NCBI RefSeq assembly: GCF_004010195.1 | Contig: NC_057750.1 | Span: 4,001,371 to 4,038,523, forward strand | Length of the DNA: 37,153 nt | Direction of reading: 5' to 3' | From: Chiloscyllium plagiosum | Lineage: Eukaryota | Shown: positions 12,161 through 26,054 of the stretch, piece after piece | How the letters are laid out: the number at the start of each line of letters is the position of its first letter | Numbering within the stretch: position 1 is the stretch's first letter | Translations under genes and position numbers: made by a program | The notes under the pieces: model-generated | Database searches by the model: none | What the model was told of the DNA's origin: nothing | The model's input: only the letters and a program-made list of their open reading frames with translations

Positions 12161-13229
12161 CCTCTTGTCCTCATTGTTGGACCTAATGGCTTCCTTCTAA
12201 CCTGTAAATGCCATGCATTACTTTATAAACATGCTCCAGGAAGTTGCTGAGCTAATCATTTAAATGATCAATTGGAGTTTTATTCCCCCATCAGAACAGA
12301 AACCGCTGGTACAGGAGGAAGAGACTTACAAGGACAACACAACCTGTGTTGTGAGTCAAAATATCTGCAGTGAGGAGAAGCAATGCTTGATATAGCATGC
12401 AGGAATTTTGTAATTTGGATACATACAACAATATCTGATTATAATTCAGAGAGTGTAACATTCGAAAATATAGACATACACAAAGATATCATGTTCATTA
12501 GAAACTGCACTTGAATCCCACTCTGACTTGAATGTTGCATCTGAATCCAATGGGAAGTGCGTTGGGATAGCGCTGACCTAGTTCCTCGTCTCTGTCACCT
12601 AAAGCACATCATTGCTGGTAATTTGACAACTAGAAGATGCTCCTAGGTTCAGTATTGCGACAATGGCCTAAGTATAGACAATTTTCTAATATCAGATTTA
12701 GGAGTTGTTATTGGAGCTGTATCTGATCTGGGAATGTTTGATGCAAATACTGGGTGACAGATCCTCAGGGTTTTATATCCTCAAGGACAGCAGCTTTACA
12801 AACTGAGCCACTGAGATGCCCTTCTGCCTGTGTTTTTAAAGCAAGTTTCAGAATGTCGAAGAACAGCTACAAAGAAAGCAGCAGACTCCCAGCAACCATT
12901 TGTCTATTTGCCCTCTGGGTGCTCTGTTCATCTGATGCTAATGAAAGTCAAAGTGTCAACGTGCAAAATCTCTGTCTGTTGCATTCCCATCACAGGAGAC
13001 CAGATGGAGGCCATTTTCCCCCCACCCCAACAAGCCTATCCTGCTATTCAAAAAGATTATTGCTGATCTTTATCCTAACTCCCAACGTCAACTGTAGCTC
13101 TGTTGCACCTTTGGGTCAGGATGTTCTGGATTTCTTTTTTATTCCTGCATGGGATGTGGATGTTACTAACAACACCAGCATTTGTTACCAACTGCTATCG
13201 GCTCTTGCCCAAAGTGCCTCTCTGAGCAA

Positions 13230-13525
13230 TTTCACAGCACCAGGGACCCAGCCTCAGGTGACTATCTGCACACTCTCCCCACGTCTATGTGGGTTTCCTC
13301 CAGTTTCCTCCCACAGTCCAAAGATGTGCAGATCAGGTGGAGGATTAGCCATGGTAAATTGCCCTTGGTGTCCAGGGATGTGCAGGGTAGGTGGGTAAAC
13401 CATGAGAAATGCAGCATAACAGGGATAGGGTGGATCTGGGTGGGTTGCTCTACAGAGCGGCAGTGTGGACTTGATGGACTGAATAGCCTGCTTCCACATT
13501 GTAGGGATTCTTTGATTCTATGATT
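13230..13525 (+). mobile_element. HE1-like SINE (5' truncated)
   Basis: Core cagtttcctcccacagtccaaagatgtgcag and tail ctgtagggattct. Confidence 0.8.
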
Positions 13526-13865
13526 TCAGAGGGCAATTAAGAGTTAATCATATATCTAGAGTCACACGCAGACCAGACCAGGTAGGGTTGGCAGATTTCC
13601 TTCCCTGAAGGAAGGATATTAGTGAACCAGATCAAAACGAAAAGAAGTGCAGATGCTATAAATCAGATATTAGTGAATTGGATGGGTTGGTTTTTATGAC
13701 AATCGACGATGGCTGTTACATGGTCACCATCAGGCTAGCTTTTTAATTCCAGATTCTTCATCGTATCAAATTTCACCATCAGCCCTGCTGGGAATCGAAC
13801 CCATATTCCCAGAACATTAGTCTGGGACTTCTGGATTACTAGTTCAGAGACATTACCATTACCCC
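13526..13865 (-). mobile_element. Family-B SINE
   Basis: Same core in reverse; contains a small insertion at about 13627-13665. Confidence 0.7.
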
Positions 13866-13939
13866 ATTGAAGAACAGGAGCACAGAAATCCCCCATGGTG
13901 CTCTCAGCGTTGCCCTAACTCAGTCCTGCACAGAGATGC

Positions 13940-14190
13940 TAACACAGATGTTTTATGATCCCATGTCACTATTTTGAAGAAAATGAATGGGAGTTTGTTT
14001 TTGCCTGTGCCCTGGCCAATGTTTATCCTTTAATCAAAGTGTCCAGATAATCTATGTTTGTGATAATCAAATGGCTCCATGTGGGAGCTTGTTGTGTACA
14101 GATGGCAGCACATTTCCTACACAGTGACAGACATCATTGGCTGCAAAGCACTTTGGGATGCATTGAGGTCATCTATGGTGCTGCAAAAAC
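13940..14190 (+). mobile_element. SacSINE1/Deu-like SINE remnant
   Basis: gatcccatgtcactattttgaaga..ctggccaatgtttatcc..gtgggagcttg..cattggctgcaaagcactttggga. Confidence 0.6.
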
Positions 14191-14861
14191 CCTTTTCTTA
14201 AAAAAAATTAGTCGCTCTCAGATTTCGAACTCCTGAGCTACCATCTCGGCTTTGTGGAAGAGAGTCCCACACTTCTCCTGTCCCATGTGTGAAGCGGTGT
14301 TTCCCAACTTCTCGAAGGAATGTTCTGGTTCTGATCTTAAAGTTGAAGATCCCTGTCCTGGACTTTCTCACCAGCAGAAATGGTTTCAATTAATTTTAAA
14401 ATTCCTGAAAGGCCTCAGTTCAATTTATCCTTCACAATTCCAGACTCACGTTAATCACCTTTGAAAACCAACCCAGGATTGCACCGAGTCTGAGACTGAA
14501 GTCCTTCCTCACTGAACACTCTGCCCCAAATGCCAAAACCAGCCAATCTTCATTTATTGTTGAAACTACAATGACGTGGCAGTGAGTTGGAACCTTGGTC
14601 AAGCTTATTCCCTGCTCGGAACAGAGGTCAGATATCTGTTTACGGCAAGGATCATTACATTACAGTGTCAGTGAACAGTGTGCTTTGGGAATGTGTCACA
14701 CCTTCCACTTGAATGATGAGAGATAGATTGGTTGTTGAATGAAGATCCAGTTACACAAAGTAACATTGTGGTTATGATACTGGACTGCCCTGTGCCAAGT
14801 TTCAGTTTCAAATGCCATTATGGTAAAAATGTAAAATAAATTCAATAAACTACCAAACTGA

Positions 14862-14945
14862 AGAGTTCTGAAGAAATCATAGCAGACTCGAAATGTTAGA
14901 CACAGCCAGACTTGCTGAGTTTCTCCAACCCTTGCCATTTTTATT
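14862..14945 (+). mobile_element. Degenerate Penelope-type terminal fragment
   Basis: CTGAAGA aatcatagcagactc GAAAtgtta, then gccagacttgctgagtttctcca. Confidence 0.45.
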
Positions 14946-15414
14946 ATCAAACTGTGCTGGAAAAGAGGCCACTCAGCACCTTCCACAAATTCAACACTCC
15001 TGTCATTTTAAGAAAATGAATTCTGTTCATTTCCCTCTGGCTCTTTCGCCAGCTATCTTGTCAATGGAAACCACTTCCTACCTATCAAATTCAAACCTTG
15101 CAGAAAGTTAAATGCCTCTGGCGTCCTGTGCTCTGGGAAGAACAATACCAACTTCTCTATGTCACTGTGGTCCCTCACCCCTGGCACTGGGGGAACACAA
15201 CTGCCCCAAAGAAAGGGCACTAATACTCTCCTGCATCTGGCCTTCAGGTGGTTGGCCACACTTACCACACGGTGTCCTCTAAGTCTTGGAATCCAACTCA
15301 TCCAGAACTAGGACAACTTTGGATGGGCATAACATACTCGCCTTGCTCTTAACATTCCAGTAACAAATTCTTTCAAAATATTCAAGGGGAAAATGTTCTG
15401 GGGCCCAGGTTTGT

Positions 15415-15748
15415 TTTTAATTCATTCACAGGGTGTGGGCATCACTGGCTTGGCAACATTTATTGCCCATCCCTAATTATCCAGAAGGCAATAAAGGGTG
15501 AGCCACATTGCTGTGGGTCTGGAGTCACATGTTGGCCAGTCCAGGTAAGGATGGCAGTTTCCTTCCCCACATGGAATTAGTGAACCAGGTGGGGTTTTCC
15601 TACAATTGATTCGTAGTCATCATTAGACCCTTAAATTCCAGATTTTCCAAAATCTGCCATAGCCGGATTTGAACCCAGGTCCCCCAGAACATTACCTAAA
15701 TCTCTGGATTAACAGTCTAGTGATAACTCCACTAAGTCAACGCCACCC
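15415..15748 (-). mobile_element. Family-B SINE, near full length
   Basis: Core plus head (tttgaacccaggt..ccactaagtca). Confidence 0.75.
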
Positions 15749-15861
15749 CTTAAAGCTATGATTTCTCCCGTGCATCTGTTTTGGGTAGAACCAATGGCCA
15801 TTGCAGTTTCCTTTGTAATGTACAGGTTGACCAGTCCCTCGGGATAATGTTGTGTTCTCTA

Positions 15862-17230
<1,369 letters not shown>

Positions 17231-18073
17231 AGAATGAATGGACGTTTACAGTATCTTGTGCCTTTGGTTGTGATGTCAGACAAGAGTAGGCTTCCAGTTT
17301 AATAGTTCACTTTGCTTAACTCAATTGGAAATGTAATTTTACACTTTTCTTCATTGAATTACAGATTTCATCTTGTCAAAGTATCTGTACTTGCCCTCTG
17401 TCTTCTTCAGCTCCTGGGACGTAGGCAGGTTTTGGAATGTTTTTCCAGCATAATATTTGCAATGTAAAGTTGTGCTGCCCACAGTAGAAGGGCGTTTGGC
17501 AATGTATTCCAATACACACAACACAGAATTTGGTGCAGGTTTGTTGGAGGGGAGGAATTTGAAAGTGTATAACATGATTGTGCAAGATAGTGAAGATATA
17601 CTGTAGAATTATAGAGCACTGAATTAGACGCATCAGCCCGATTGGTCCATGCTGTTGTTTACAATACCACATGAGCACATTTCTTCAGCACCCGAATTCA
17701 TTTGACTATAACAGTACAGCCTTCTGGCCCACGTCAGCCATGGATTGGGAAGTTACACTCTTGCTTCTGAGTTGGAAGTGTGGTGACTGTGACAGCAGGA
17801 ATGCGCTGACAGTCAAGCCCTCACTATTCCAACAGTTGCATAATTTGTCTAAATTAATTGATTCAAAGACCAAAATGACCAACTGATTTGCTTTTTTTGC
17901 GACTATCCAGAATAAAAGAGACTTTCACAGGTCTTTTTCCTGAACTCAAAATAATCTGTTTATCAAAATACAAAACTTATTCTTAGAGTAATTGGCAAAC
18001 TCTGGTTTCTCTCAAAATTATAATCCGGAATTAGATCCATGTCCCCTTAATCCCAAACAGACACACTCACACA

Positions 18074-18752
18074 ATGCAAAAGGCAATACACTCCACAAAT
18101 AACTCAGTCCGCCGATTTCTCAGCAACAAACCCAAACAAGCAGACAAAACACACTCAGAAATCCTAGCCACTCTCCCCTACATCAAAGACATCTCAGAAA
18201 TGACTGCCAGACTACTCAGACCCCTTGGCATCATGGTTACCCACAAACCCACCAACACACTAAAACAGCAGCTAATGAACTTAAAATACCCTTTACAGAC
18301 AACAAGCAAAACAAACATCACTTACAATATACCTTGCAAGAACTGTAACAAATAGGCAGAAAACTAGCCACCAGGATACTTGACCATCAAATCGCTACAA
18401 AAAACATGACTCACTATCACTGGTATCCTTATGTACAGATGAGGTAGGACACCGCTTTGACTGGGACGACACATCCGACCTAGGACAAACCAAACAGAGA
18501 CACGCACGAGAATTCCAAGAAGAATGGCATTCCACTCTATCAACAAACACATCGATTTGTTTGAAAAAGAACAGGAAGTGACATCAGCAACACAGGAAAT
18601 GGCATCACCAACCCAAGGAAACCAAAACACATAAATAGAAAGGGGGGCATAACACCAGCACTTCACTGGAGGCTCACTGATGATGTTACCTAGTATGGTG
18701 ATGAAACATCTCAAAACGAACCTTCCAGCTCAGCGAGCAAACTTACATCCAG
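18074..18752 (+). mobile_element. Penelope-like retroelement 3' part: RT C-terminus/GIY-YIG endonuclease remnant plus terminal repeat
   Basis: Translates as LPYIKDISEMTARLLRPLGI..HKPTNTL..YNIPCKNCNK/GRKLATRI..H..FDWD..INKHIDL, typical of PLE GIY-YIG. The YIG motif is deleted and there are frameshifts. Confidence 0.8.
18668..18726 (+). ncRNA. Minimal hammerhead ribozyme motif (degenerate) in the Penelope terminal repeat
   Basis: ggaggctca-CTGATGA-tgttacc tagtat ggtgat-GAAA-catc..gaaccttcc: both core boxes, a stem II and a partial stem I. Confidence 0.55.
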
Positions 18753-19734
18753 AAAGAGGATTTTTTTTGGGGGGGGGTAACTCGTATTGGCTAAGAGTCT
18801 GAAAACAAAGAATACATTCTGTTGACTTCTTGCAATCCACCAGATTTCTTGTCAGCAATGTTGAGTAGCTGACAGATGCAGACTACTGGAAGATCCTCAG
18901 ATTGAAAAGCAATCTCAGTCTGAATCTTTGGGAAGTGGTCATGGTTCCGCCTTTCAAGATTGATAGGACAGTCAGAAATACTGAAATTTGGAACTTTATC
19001 AGAATCTTAAGAGCTTCTACTGAGAGAAGGAGAAAATGACAATGTGGGCCCTGAAATTTATCTCCTTAGTGACCACCAAGTCCAGAAAAAGGTCCTAAAG
19101 CAACTACTAGCATAGATACCCCACAGTTTTCTCAAAGCCAGGTTTTCCAGCAATTAGAGGCCATCAGCCCATCTCTTAAATCTTTCAAAGCTTTCTTTGT
19201 CTTTTTCTCCAAAGTCATTTGACTTTATGTAAACACCAAGTAAACCACAATGCACATTAAAATATCAACTCCATTTCCATGAACCCACATGGTTAAAAAA
19301 TGTGTTTCAATGCAGAAAATATCCAAACAGCTCTGTAATTTCCATTTTATCAAACAGTGACTTAATTAAAGATATCCAAGGCTCACTTAAACACAAAAAT
19401 CAATCCTCAACATTCCTAGTTCAGTACTGATGGAATGCTGTGCTCACAGAGGTGTTGCCTATCTGTTAAACTGAAGTATTGTTGGTCCTTTCAAACTGAC
19501 AAGACCACATGATCTGTTTGTTACGTGTTGATTGAGGGATAATAATTTATTGATAAGGACAAGTAAGAATAGGTAAGAAATAGGAATAGATTACTGGCCC
19601 GCTCCTGTATTCAATAAAATGGTGGCTCAACTGATTGTGACCCTCATCCAAAGGATGACACCTCCAAAGATTCAGCACTCCTTCAGTACTGTGCTGGAGT
19701 TCCAGACCAGATTTTTGGCCTCAAAGTTTGAGGC

Positions 19735-19880
19735 ACATAGAGTTGTACAGCATGAAAACAGACCCTTTGGTCCAACTCATCCATGCCAGTCAGATATCCT
19801 AAATTAATCTAGTCCACACTTGGCCTCTAAGCATATCCCTCTAAACCCTTTCTGTTCATGTACCCATCAGATGCCATTTA
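19735..19880 (-). mobile_element. CR1/HER1-like LINE 3' end
   Basis: Same tail sequence in reverse. Confidence 0.75.
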
Positions 19881-20074
19881 AATGTTGTAATTGTACCATA
19901 TGTTTGAACACACAATCGAGTAATGAGTGCAATGCACAGCCATCTGCGGCTAAAAGTAAAATTCAGTTCAATACGATCGGAATAAATGGAGCTAAAGGTG
20001 GGGCAACAATTTTTAACCGCACCCCCTTGATGGATGACAGATTAGGGGCACTTCCCTATGTAGAACAGATGTGA

Positions 20075-20540
20075 GAGTCACAAAGTCATGGAGATACACA
20101 GCATGCACACAAACCCTTCAGTCCAACTCATCCATGATGATCAGATATCCTAAATTAACTTATTCCTATTTGCAAGCACTTGGTCCATATTCCTCTCAAC
20201 TCTTCCTATTAATGTACCCATCCAGGTGCCTTTTTAAATGTTGTAATTGTACCAATCTCCACCACTTCCTCCAGCAATTCATTCCATACACACATCACCC
20301 TCTGCATGAAAAAGTTGCCCCTTAAGTCCTTTTCAAATCTTTCCCCTCTCACCTTTAACTAGTTTTGGAATTCCCCACCCTAAGGAAAAGACCTTGCCTA
20401 TTCACCCTATCCATGCCCCTCATGATTTTATAAACCTCTATAAGGTCACCCCTCAGCCTCTGATGCTACAGGGAAAACAGCCCCAGCCTATTCAGCCTCT
20501 CCCTACAGCTCAAACCCTCCAACCCTGGCAATATCCTTGC
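20075..20540 (-). mobile_element. CR1/HER1-like LINE 3' fragment
   Basis: Homologous to 9200-9650 and 36520-36980. Confidence 0.85.
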
Positions 20541-20714
20541 AGTTCTCATAGGCTTTGGCAAGTAATTGCAAATTTCAGAATAAAATATGTGAAATTTGAC
20601 ATTAAGATAAATATGAGAGTTTATAGAATGGGCTGAATTCTGGAATCTTCAACCCCTTGGGAGCAGGAATGAGATACATCAAATATTTATGGAGCTTCTA
20701 TGCCAAGTATGATC

Positions 20715-20965
20715 ACAGAACACAAAAGAAATTGGAGCAGGAGGAGGCCATTCAGCCCCGCAAGCCCAAAACCTCATTCAAAGAGATTCTGGCTGATCCC
20801 GTTTTCCAAATGCATTTCCTGAACTACCCTGTATCCCTTCATATCTTTAATATTCATAAATCTATCAATCTCTCTCTTCAACATCATATACTCAGCGATT
20901 GAGCCTCCACATCCCTCTGGAGTAGAGAATTCCAAAGATTTATCACCCTCTGAGTAAAGAACTTT
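20715..20965 (-). mobile_element. Older CR1-like LINE 3' fragment
   Basis: Minus strand reads like RV.NLWNSL...LKREIDRFMNIKDMKGY, the CR1 ORF2 C-terminus. Confidence 0.6.
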
Positions 20966-21469
20966 ACTACAGATTGCCTGGGGAAAAGCCAAAATCACTA
21001 AACATCCTTACCATTCTAATCCCACCCTATTACTCTCCAGCCCACAGATACAGGAGACTCTATGCAATTTCCAGGAAACCCAAACAGTCCTATCCTCTTG
21101 GTTAAACCTTTACTCTTATGACTGTACCCCTTGGCTCAAGGCCAACCTCCCCCCAGTTAGGAAGAATCATCCTTCCTATATTTACCCTGTTGTTCCCTGT
21201 AAGAACTGTGTCTATTTGAATGAGATCCATTCTCAGTGCTTCTCGATTCCAGAGGATATGTGCCCAGTCCCTTCCCCTGAGACACTCCATGTAACCAAGC
21301 TTTGAACTTGTGAAACTCCCCTGATCCTGTAATTCCTGCAGCAACAGCTGGAGATTCCATTTTTGACAACTAGCAACTCCCTCTCAATCTTCCAGTCCCA
21401 TGTGCTGACTGTAGTTTGAACCTCTGTCCTGACCCTGATGTGTTCTGAAATGCCACAACTGGCTATAAG

Positions 21470-21960
21470 TAGTACAGCATGGAAAAAGACCCTTCAGTTC
21501 AAACAATCCATGCTGACCATAATCCAAAATTAAACTAGTCCCACCTGCCTGCACTTTGCCCATATTACTCCAAACAGTTCCTATTCATGTACTTACCTAA
21601 TTTTTTTTGAAATTTGCAACTGTTCCCACATTCATCCCTTCCTATGGAAGTTCATTCCACGCACAAAACACTCTCTGTATCAAAATTTGTCTGTCATATC
21701 TTATTTACATCTTTATCCCCCTAGTCTTGAGATCTCCTATCCTAGGGAAAAGGCACCAACCATTCACCTTACGAAGATCCCTCATGATTTTATAAAACTC
21801 TTTAAGGTCACGTCTCAATCTCCAATGAAACAAGTCCCAGCCTATCCAGCCTCTCCTTATAACTCAAACCCTTCATTACCAGCACCATCCTGGTCAATCT
21901 CTTCCAAACCCTCTCTAGCTTAATAATATCCTTCCTGTAGCAAGGCAACCTGAACTGGAC
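21470..21960 (-). mobile_element. CR1-like LINE 3' fragment, divergent subfamily
   Basis: Tail plus cctcatgattttataaa..taaggtcac motif shared with other CR1 copies. Confidence 0.75.
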
Positions 21961-23279
21961 TTAACCATTGCCAACCGAACACCTTCCCTGCCCAGCTAAA
22001 TCCAAACTGGGGTATTACCTGCTCAATCAGTGATTATTTTGGAACATGCACAACAGGAGTGAAAGGAGAACAATTTGTGTTCCTATCTTGAAATGATTTG
22101 ACCTTTTGTAATGTCTCATGGCAGATGTGTGATATACCTTTAAGGGGTATGATCATTAATTCATCACCATATGAGATCTAATAGTAAAAAAAAACTGGAC
22201 GGCTTTTGAGGTACAGTGATAGTGTCCATACTCTGAGTCAGGAGACCAATATTTAAGTCCCACCTTGCAATAATATCCCTCTGGACAAGGTGGTTAGAAA
22301 GTATCTATAATGTAATAAAAGATTCTGATAGTGTCTATTCTGATAGCTCCTGAGAATATAATACATGGCCTGGCCTATGTGTGACTCCAGGTCCACAGAA
22401 ACATGGTCAATTCTAAAATGGCCCTAGCAAAACATCCTGTGCTGTACAGCTCTATGATTCAGTTGTAGTTGGCTCCCACTGAAGGGAAATTAGGAATGGA
22501 CAATTAATGCTGACTTTGCCAGTAACACCCATGGATTCTTTTGTAAAGCTGAGTAGGTTGCACCACTGCCATATATTGTGAGTCAGTGGACACCTCAGTG
22601 CGGAACTGAGGGAGGGCTGCGATGTTGGATGATGCCGCCTTTCAGATGGGACATGAAAGTGTTGGTGTGTGACAGACTGAGAGACTTAGCTGGTGACGAT
22701 AATTTAGATTGAGTGCTGGTCTTTACTGTGGTCTCACTGCTGGGGTTGTTGAGTAAGAGAGGATCTTGGCGCCCCATTTTGTCTGACCTGGCTGATTGTA
22801 ACTGTCCCCAGTCAAAGAAGATCAAGAAAGGCTCCCAGGCAACATTCCTCTTCCCAAAGAACAGCATCATAAACCAATAAACACTTCCTGGAATGAGGCT
22901 GAGAGATTGGGAAACACAGCAAAGCCCGTAATTCCCATGCAGCTTCTGCTCCTGCTGGAGCCTCAGCAAGAACAGCCTGGAGACGCCATTGACAAGAATG
23001 GAACAGGTTGGATCATCTGTGATAGGTGGCTCACCTTATCAAGTCATTAATTTCTTGTAAAATCACTCCAGGGTGATTGTGATGAACAAAATTTAACTTA
23101 AGGAATAAAACAGACATTTGTGCCACACAAATGCCAGCCAAATTACCATCTCCAATAAGAACTAAGCTAATCACCGCTCCTTGACATTCAATACCTGACC
23201 ATCACTGATTCAGTTGGGGTTACAACTGACCAAAACTCAGCTAGATTTGCCATAACAATACAGTGGCTACAAGATCAGC

Positions 23280-23832
23280 TTATAGAGCTTTAGAGATATA
23301 CAGCACGGAAGCGGAGCCTTCAGTCCAACTCGTCCATGCCTATCAGATATCCTAAATTAATCTAGTCCCATTTTCCAGAATTTGGCCCATATCCCTTTAA
23401 ACACTTCCTACTCATATGGCCATTCAGATGCCTTTTAAATGCTGTAATTGTATCAGCCTCTACCACTTCCTCTGGCAGCTCATTCCATAAACGCACCACC
23501 CTATGCATGAAAAAGTTGGCCTTAGGTCCCTTTTATATCTTTCCCCTCTCACATTAAACCTATGCTTTCTAGTTTTGGATTCCCCTACCCCAGGGAAAAA
23601 AAACCTTGTCTAATCACCCTATCTATGCACCTCATAATTTTATAAACCTCTATAAGGTCACCCCTCAGCCTCTGGTGCTCCAGAGAAAACAGCCCCAGCC
23701 TATTCTGACTCTTCCTATCGCTCAAACCCTCCAACTCTGGCAACATCCTCTTAAGTCTTTTCTGAACCCTTTCAAGTTTCACAACATCCTTCCGTTATTA
23801 GGGAGACCAGAATTGCATTCAATACTCCAAAA
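23280..23832 (-). mobile_element. CR1/HER1-like LINE 3' fragment nested in an older LINE
   Basis: ORF MKLERVQKRLKRMLPELEGLS..RLGLFSLE.QRLRGDLIEVYKIM; host LINE appears to run 23110-23279 and 23833-24095. Confidence 0.85.
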
Positions 23833-24244
23833 GGTCAGATGCTCGGAGTACTGCAGCAGGTAACTTCCCTCCTGACTCCACAAAATCTGCCCACCACCTA
23901 CAAGACACAAGTCAGGAGTGTGTTGGAACACTTCCCAACACCATCCAGGCCAAAGCAGCCCACTTGATTACCACCACATCAACAAACACCCACTCCCTCC
24001 ACTACTGATGGTCAATGTGTACTGTCTACAAGATGTATTGCAGAAATTTGACAGTACCTTCCAAACACATGGCCACTTCCATCTGGAAAGACAAATCCTG
24101 AACTAGTTGTGGATCCAACATTGGAGTGCCTGTGGATAGGAGTGGTCAGCTGCCCCTTGACATCCAGGCAAATGAGTACAGCATCAGGAAGCCCAAACAA
24201 AACTGAAGTCAATGGGAACAAAGAAGAACGTCTCCAGTGGTTGA

Positions 24245-24577
24245 ATGAATAGGGTAAATAGGCAAAGTCTTTTCCCTGGGGTCGGGCAGTCCAGAACTAG
24301 AGGGTATAGGTATTGGGTGAGAGAGGAAAGATATAAAAGAGGCCTAAGGGGCAAAATTTTTACACAGAGGGTGGTACGTGTTTGGAATGAGCTGCCAGAG
24401 GAAGTGATGGAGGCTGGTACAATTGCAACATTTAAGAGGCATTTGGATGGGTATATGAATAGGAAGAGATTGGAGGGATATGGGCTGGGTGCTGGTAGGT
24501 GGGACTAGATTGGTTCGGCATGGACGGGTTGGACCGAAGGGTCTGTTTCCATGCTGTACATCTCTATGACTCTATAG
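24245..24577 (+). mobile_element. CR1/HER1-like LINE 3' fragment
   Basis: ORF ..SRTRG..FTQRVVRVWNELPEEV..FKRHLDGYM plus tail. Confidence 0.85.
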
Positions 24578-24599
24578 TTGGAGGATAGTTGTTGTGATC

Positions 24600-24720
24600 A
24601 GACGCTAATCAATGCAGTTCCAGGACATTACTACTGGAGTCCCTTCAGAGAAGTGCCAAGGTCCGACAATTTAATTTCCTTCATCAATGATCTTCCACCA
24701 CCATAAGGTTAGGAATTAAG
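24600..24720 (+). mobile_element. Decayed LINE RT fragment (CR1/L2 type)
   Basis: ggagtccc..cag..aagtg..aggtcc..ttcatcaatgatcttcc resembles GVPQGSVLGP..FINDLP. Confidence 0.45.
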
Positions 24721-24894
24721 ACAGCTGAGCTATCCTTTAAGAAGGCCAGATGAAATGGTCTTCTGTATTGTTGTAATTCAATGGCTCCACAGTTTTCAGT
24801 TCCACTCATGACTCCTCCAAAATTGAAACAGTCTTTTCCCTTTCCAGCTGAAAGCTGCTATCTCGGCTTAAGCTGAAAGCAATCACATTGCATA

Positions 24895-25625
24895 TTTGAT
24901 TTGATTTATTACTGTCACATGTACTGAGGTAGAGTGAAAAATGTTGTCTTAACGTGCATTAAAGGCAGATCATACCATACAAGCACATCAGGGTAACAGA
25001 ATAGAGTGCAGGATACCATGTTACAGCTGTTGAGAAGGTGCAGGGAGAGAGAGAGAGATCTACTTTAACATTAGAGAGATCCATTCAAAAGTCTGATAAT
25101 AGCGGGAAAGAAGCTGTTCTTGAACCTGTTCGTACATGTACACAAACTCCTATATCTTGTGCCTGACAGAAGAAGGTGAAAAACAGTATAACCGGGATGG
25201 GAGGGGTCTTTGGTAATGTTAGTTGCTTTGCCCAGGCAGTGGGAATTGTAGATGGAGTCAATGGATGGAAGGCGGGATTGCGTGATAGACTGGGCTGTGT
25301 TCACAACTCTCTCTTGCGGTCTTGGGAAGAGCATCTGTTATACCACGCTGTAATGCATCCAGATAGGATCCTTTGTATGGTGCATCTATAAAAATCGGTA
25401 AGAGTCTTTATGGATATGCTGAATTTCCATAGCCTCCTGAGAAAGTAGAGGCACAGTTGTACTTTCTTGACTGTAGTGTCAATGTGGGTGGACCAAGACA
25501 GATTGTGACTCCCAGGAACGTGATGCTCTCAATCATCTTCACCTCAGCATTATTGATGTACGCAGGGGCATGCTCTCCACTCCACTTCCTAAAGTCAATA
25601 ACCAGCTCCTTTGTTTTGCTGATGT
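24895..25625 (-). mobile_element. Rex1/Babar-like LINE 3' fragment
   Basis: RVVNTAQSIT..LPSIDSIY..C..KA..I.KDPSHPG..F.LL.SG.RYRS..TNRFKNSFFPAIIRLLN matches the Rex1-type ORF C-terminus; (tcaaa)n-type tail. Confidence 0.8.
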
Positions 25626-26054
25626 TCTGCTAACATAAACATCAAATGAAGAATGCTGTGAAAGAGAGAAATCCTGTTACATCCCCATAACTTGCTACAG
25701 CACTGTCATTGCTGGGGCTTCAACAAGAATGTCCTGGAGACCGCCATTAACAAGAATGGAACAGGTTGAATAATGTGTGATAGCTAGCTAGCTAAACCTC
25801 ATCAAGACTCCTCAAAGCCTCTCCGTCATCTACTGGACTTGTCCAGAGTGTGATGGAACACTCCCCACACATAAGGATGCTGTTGCCTCACAATGACACA
25901 ACAGGTTTGATGTTATCCCAAGGGGGTCGTTTGCTCAATTGGAGCATCTGCTATCGGACTTGGCAACTACTCACTCCAGCACTGGGACACCATGATTGGC
26001 AGTGTAAAAAATCTATAAGAAGAACAAGAGAGATTACTCAAAGGAAAGTGATAT

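Noticed and set aside
12754..13398. 214-aa plus-strand ORF
   Set aside because: Starts at GTG, no domain, runs into a SINE and is antisense within the intron.
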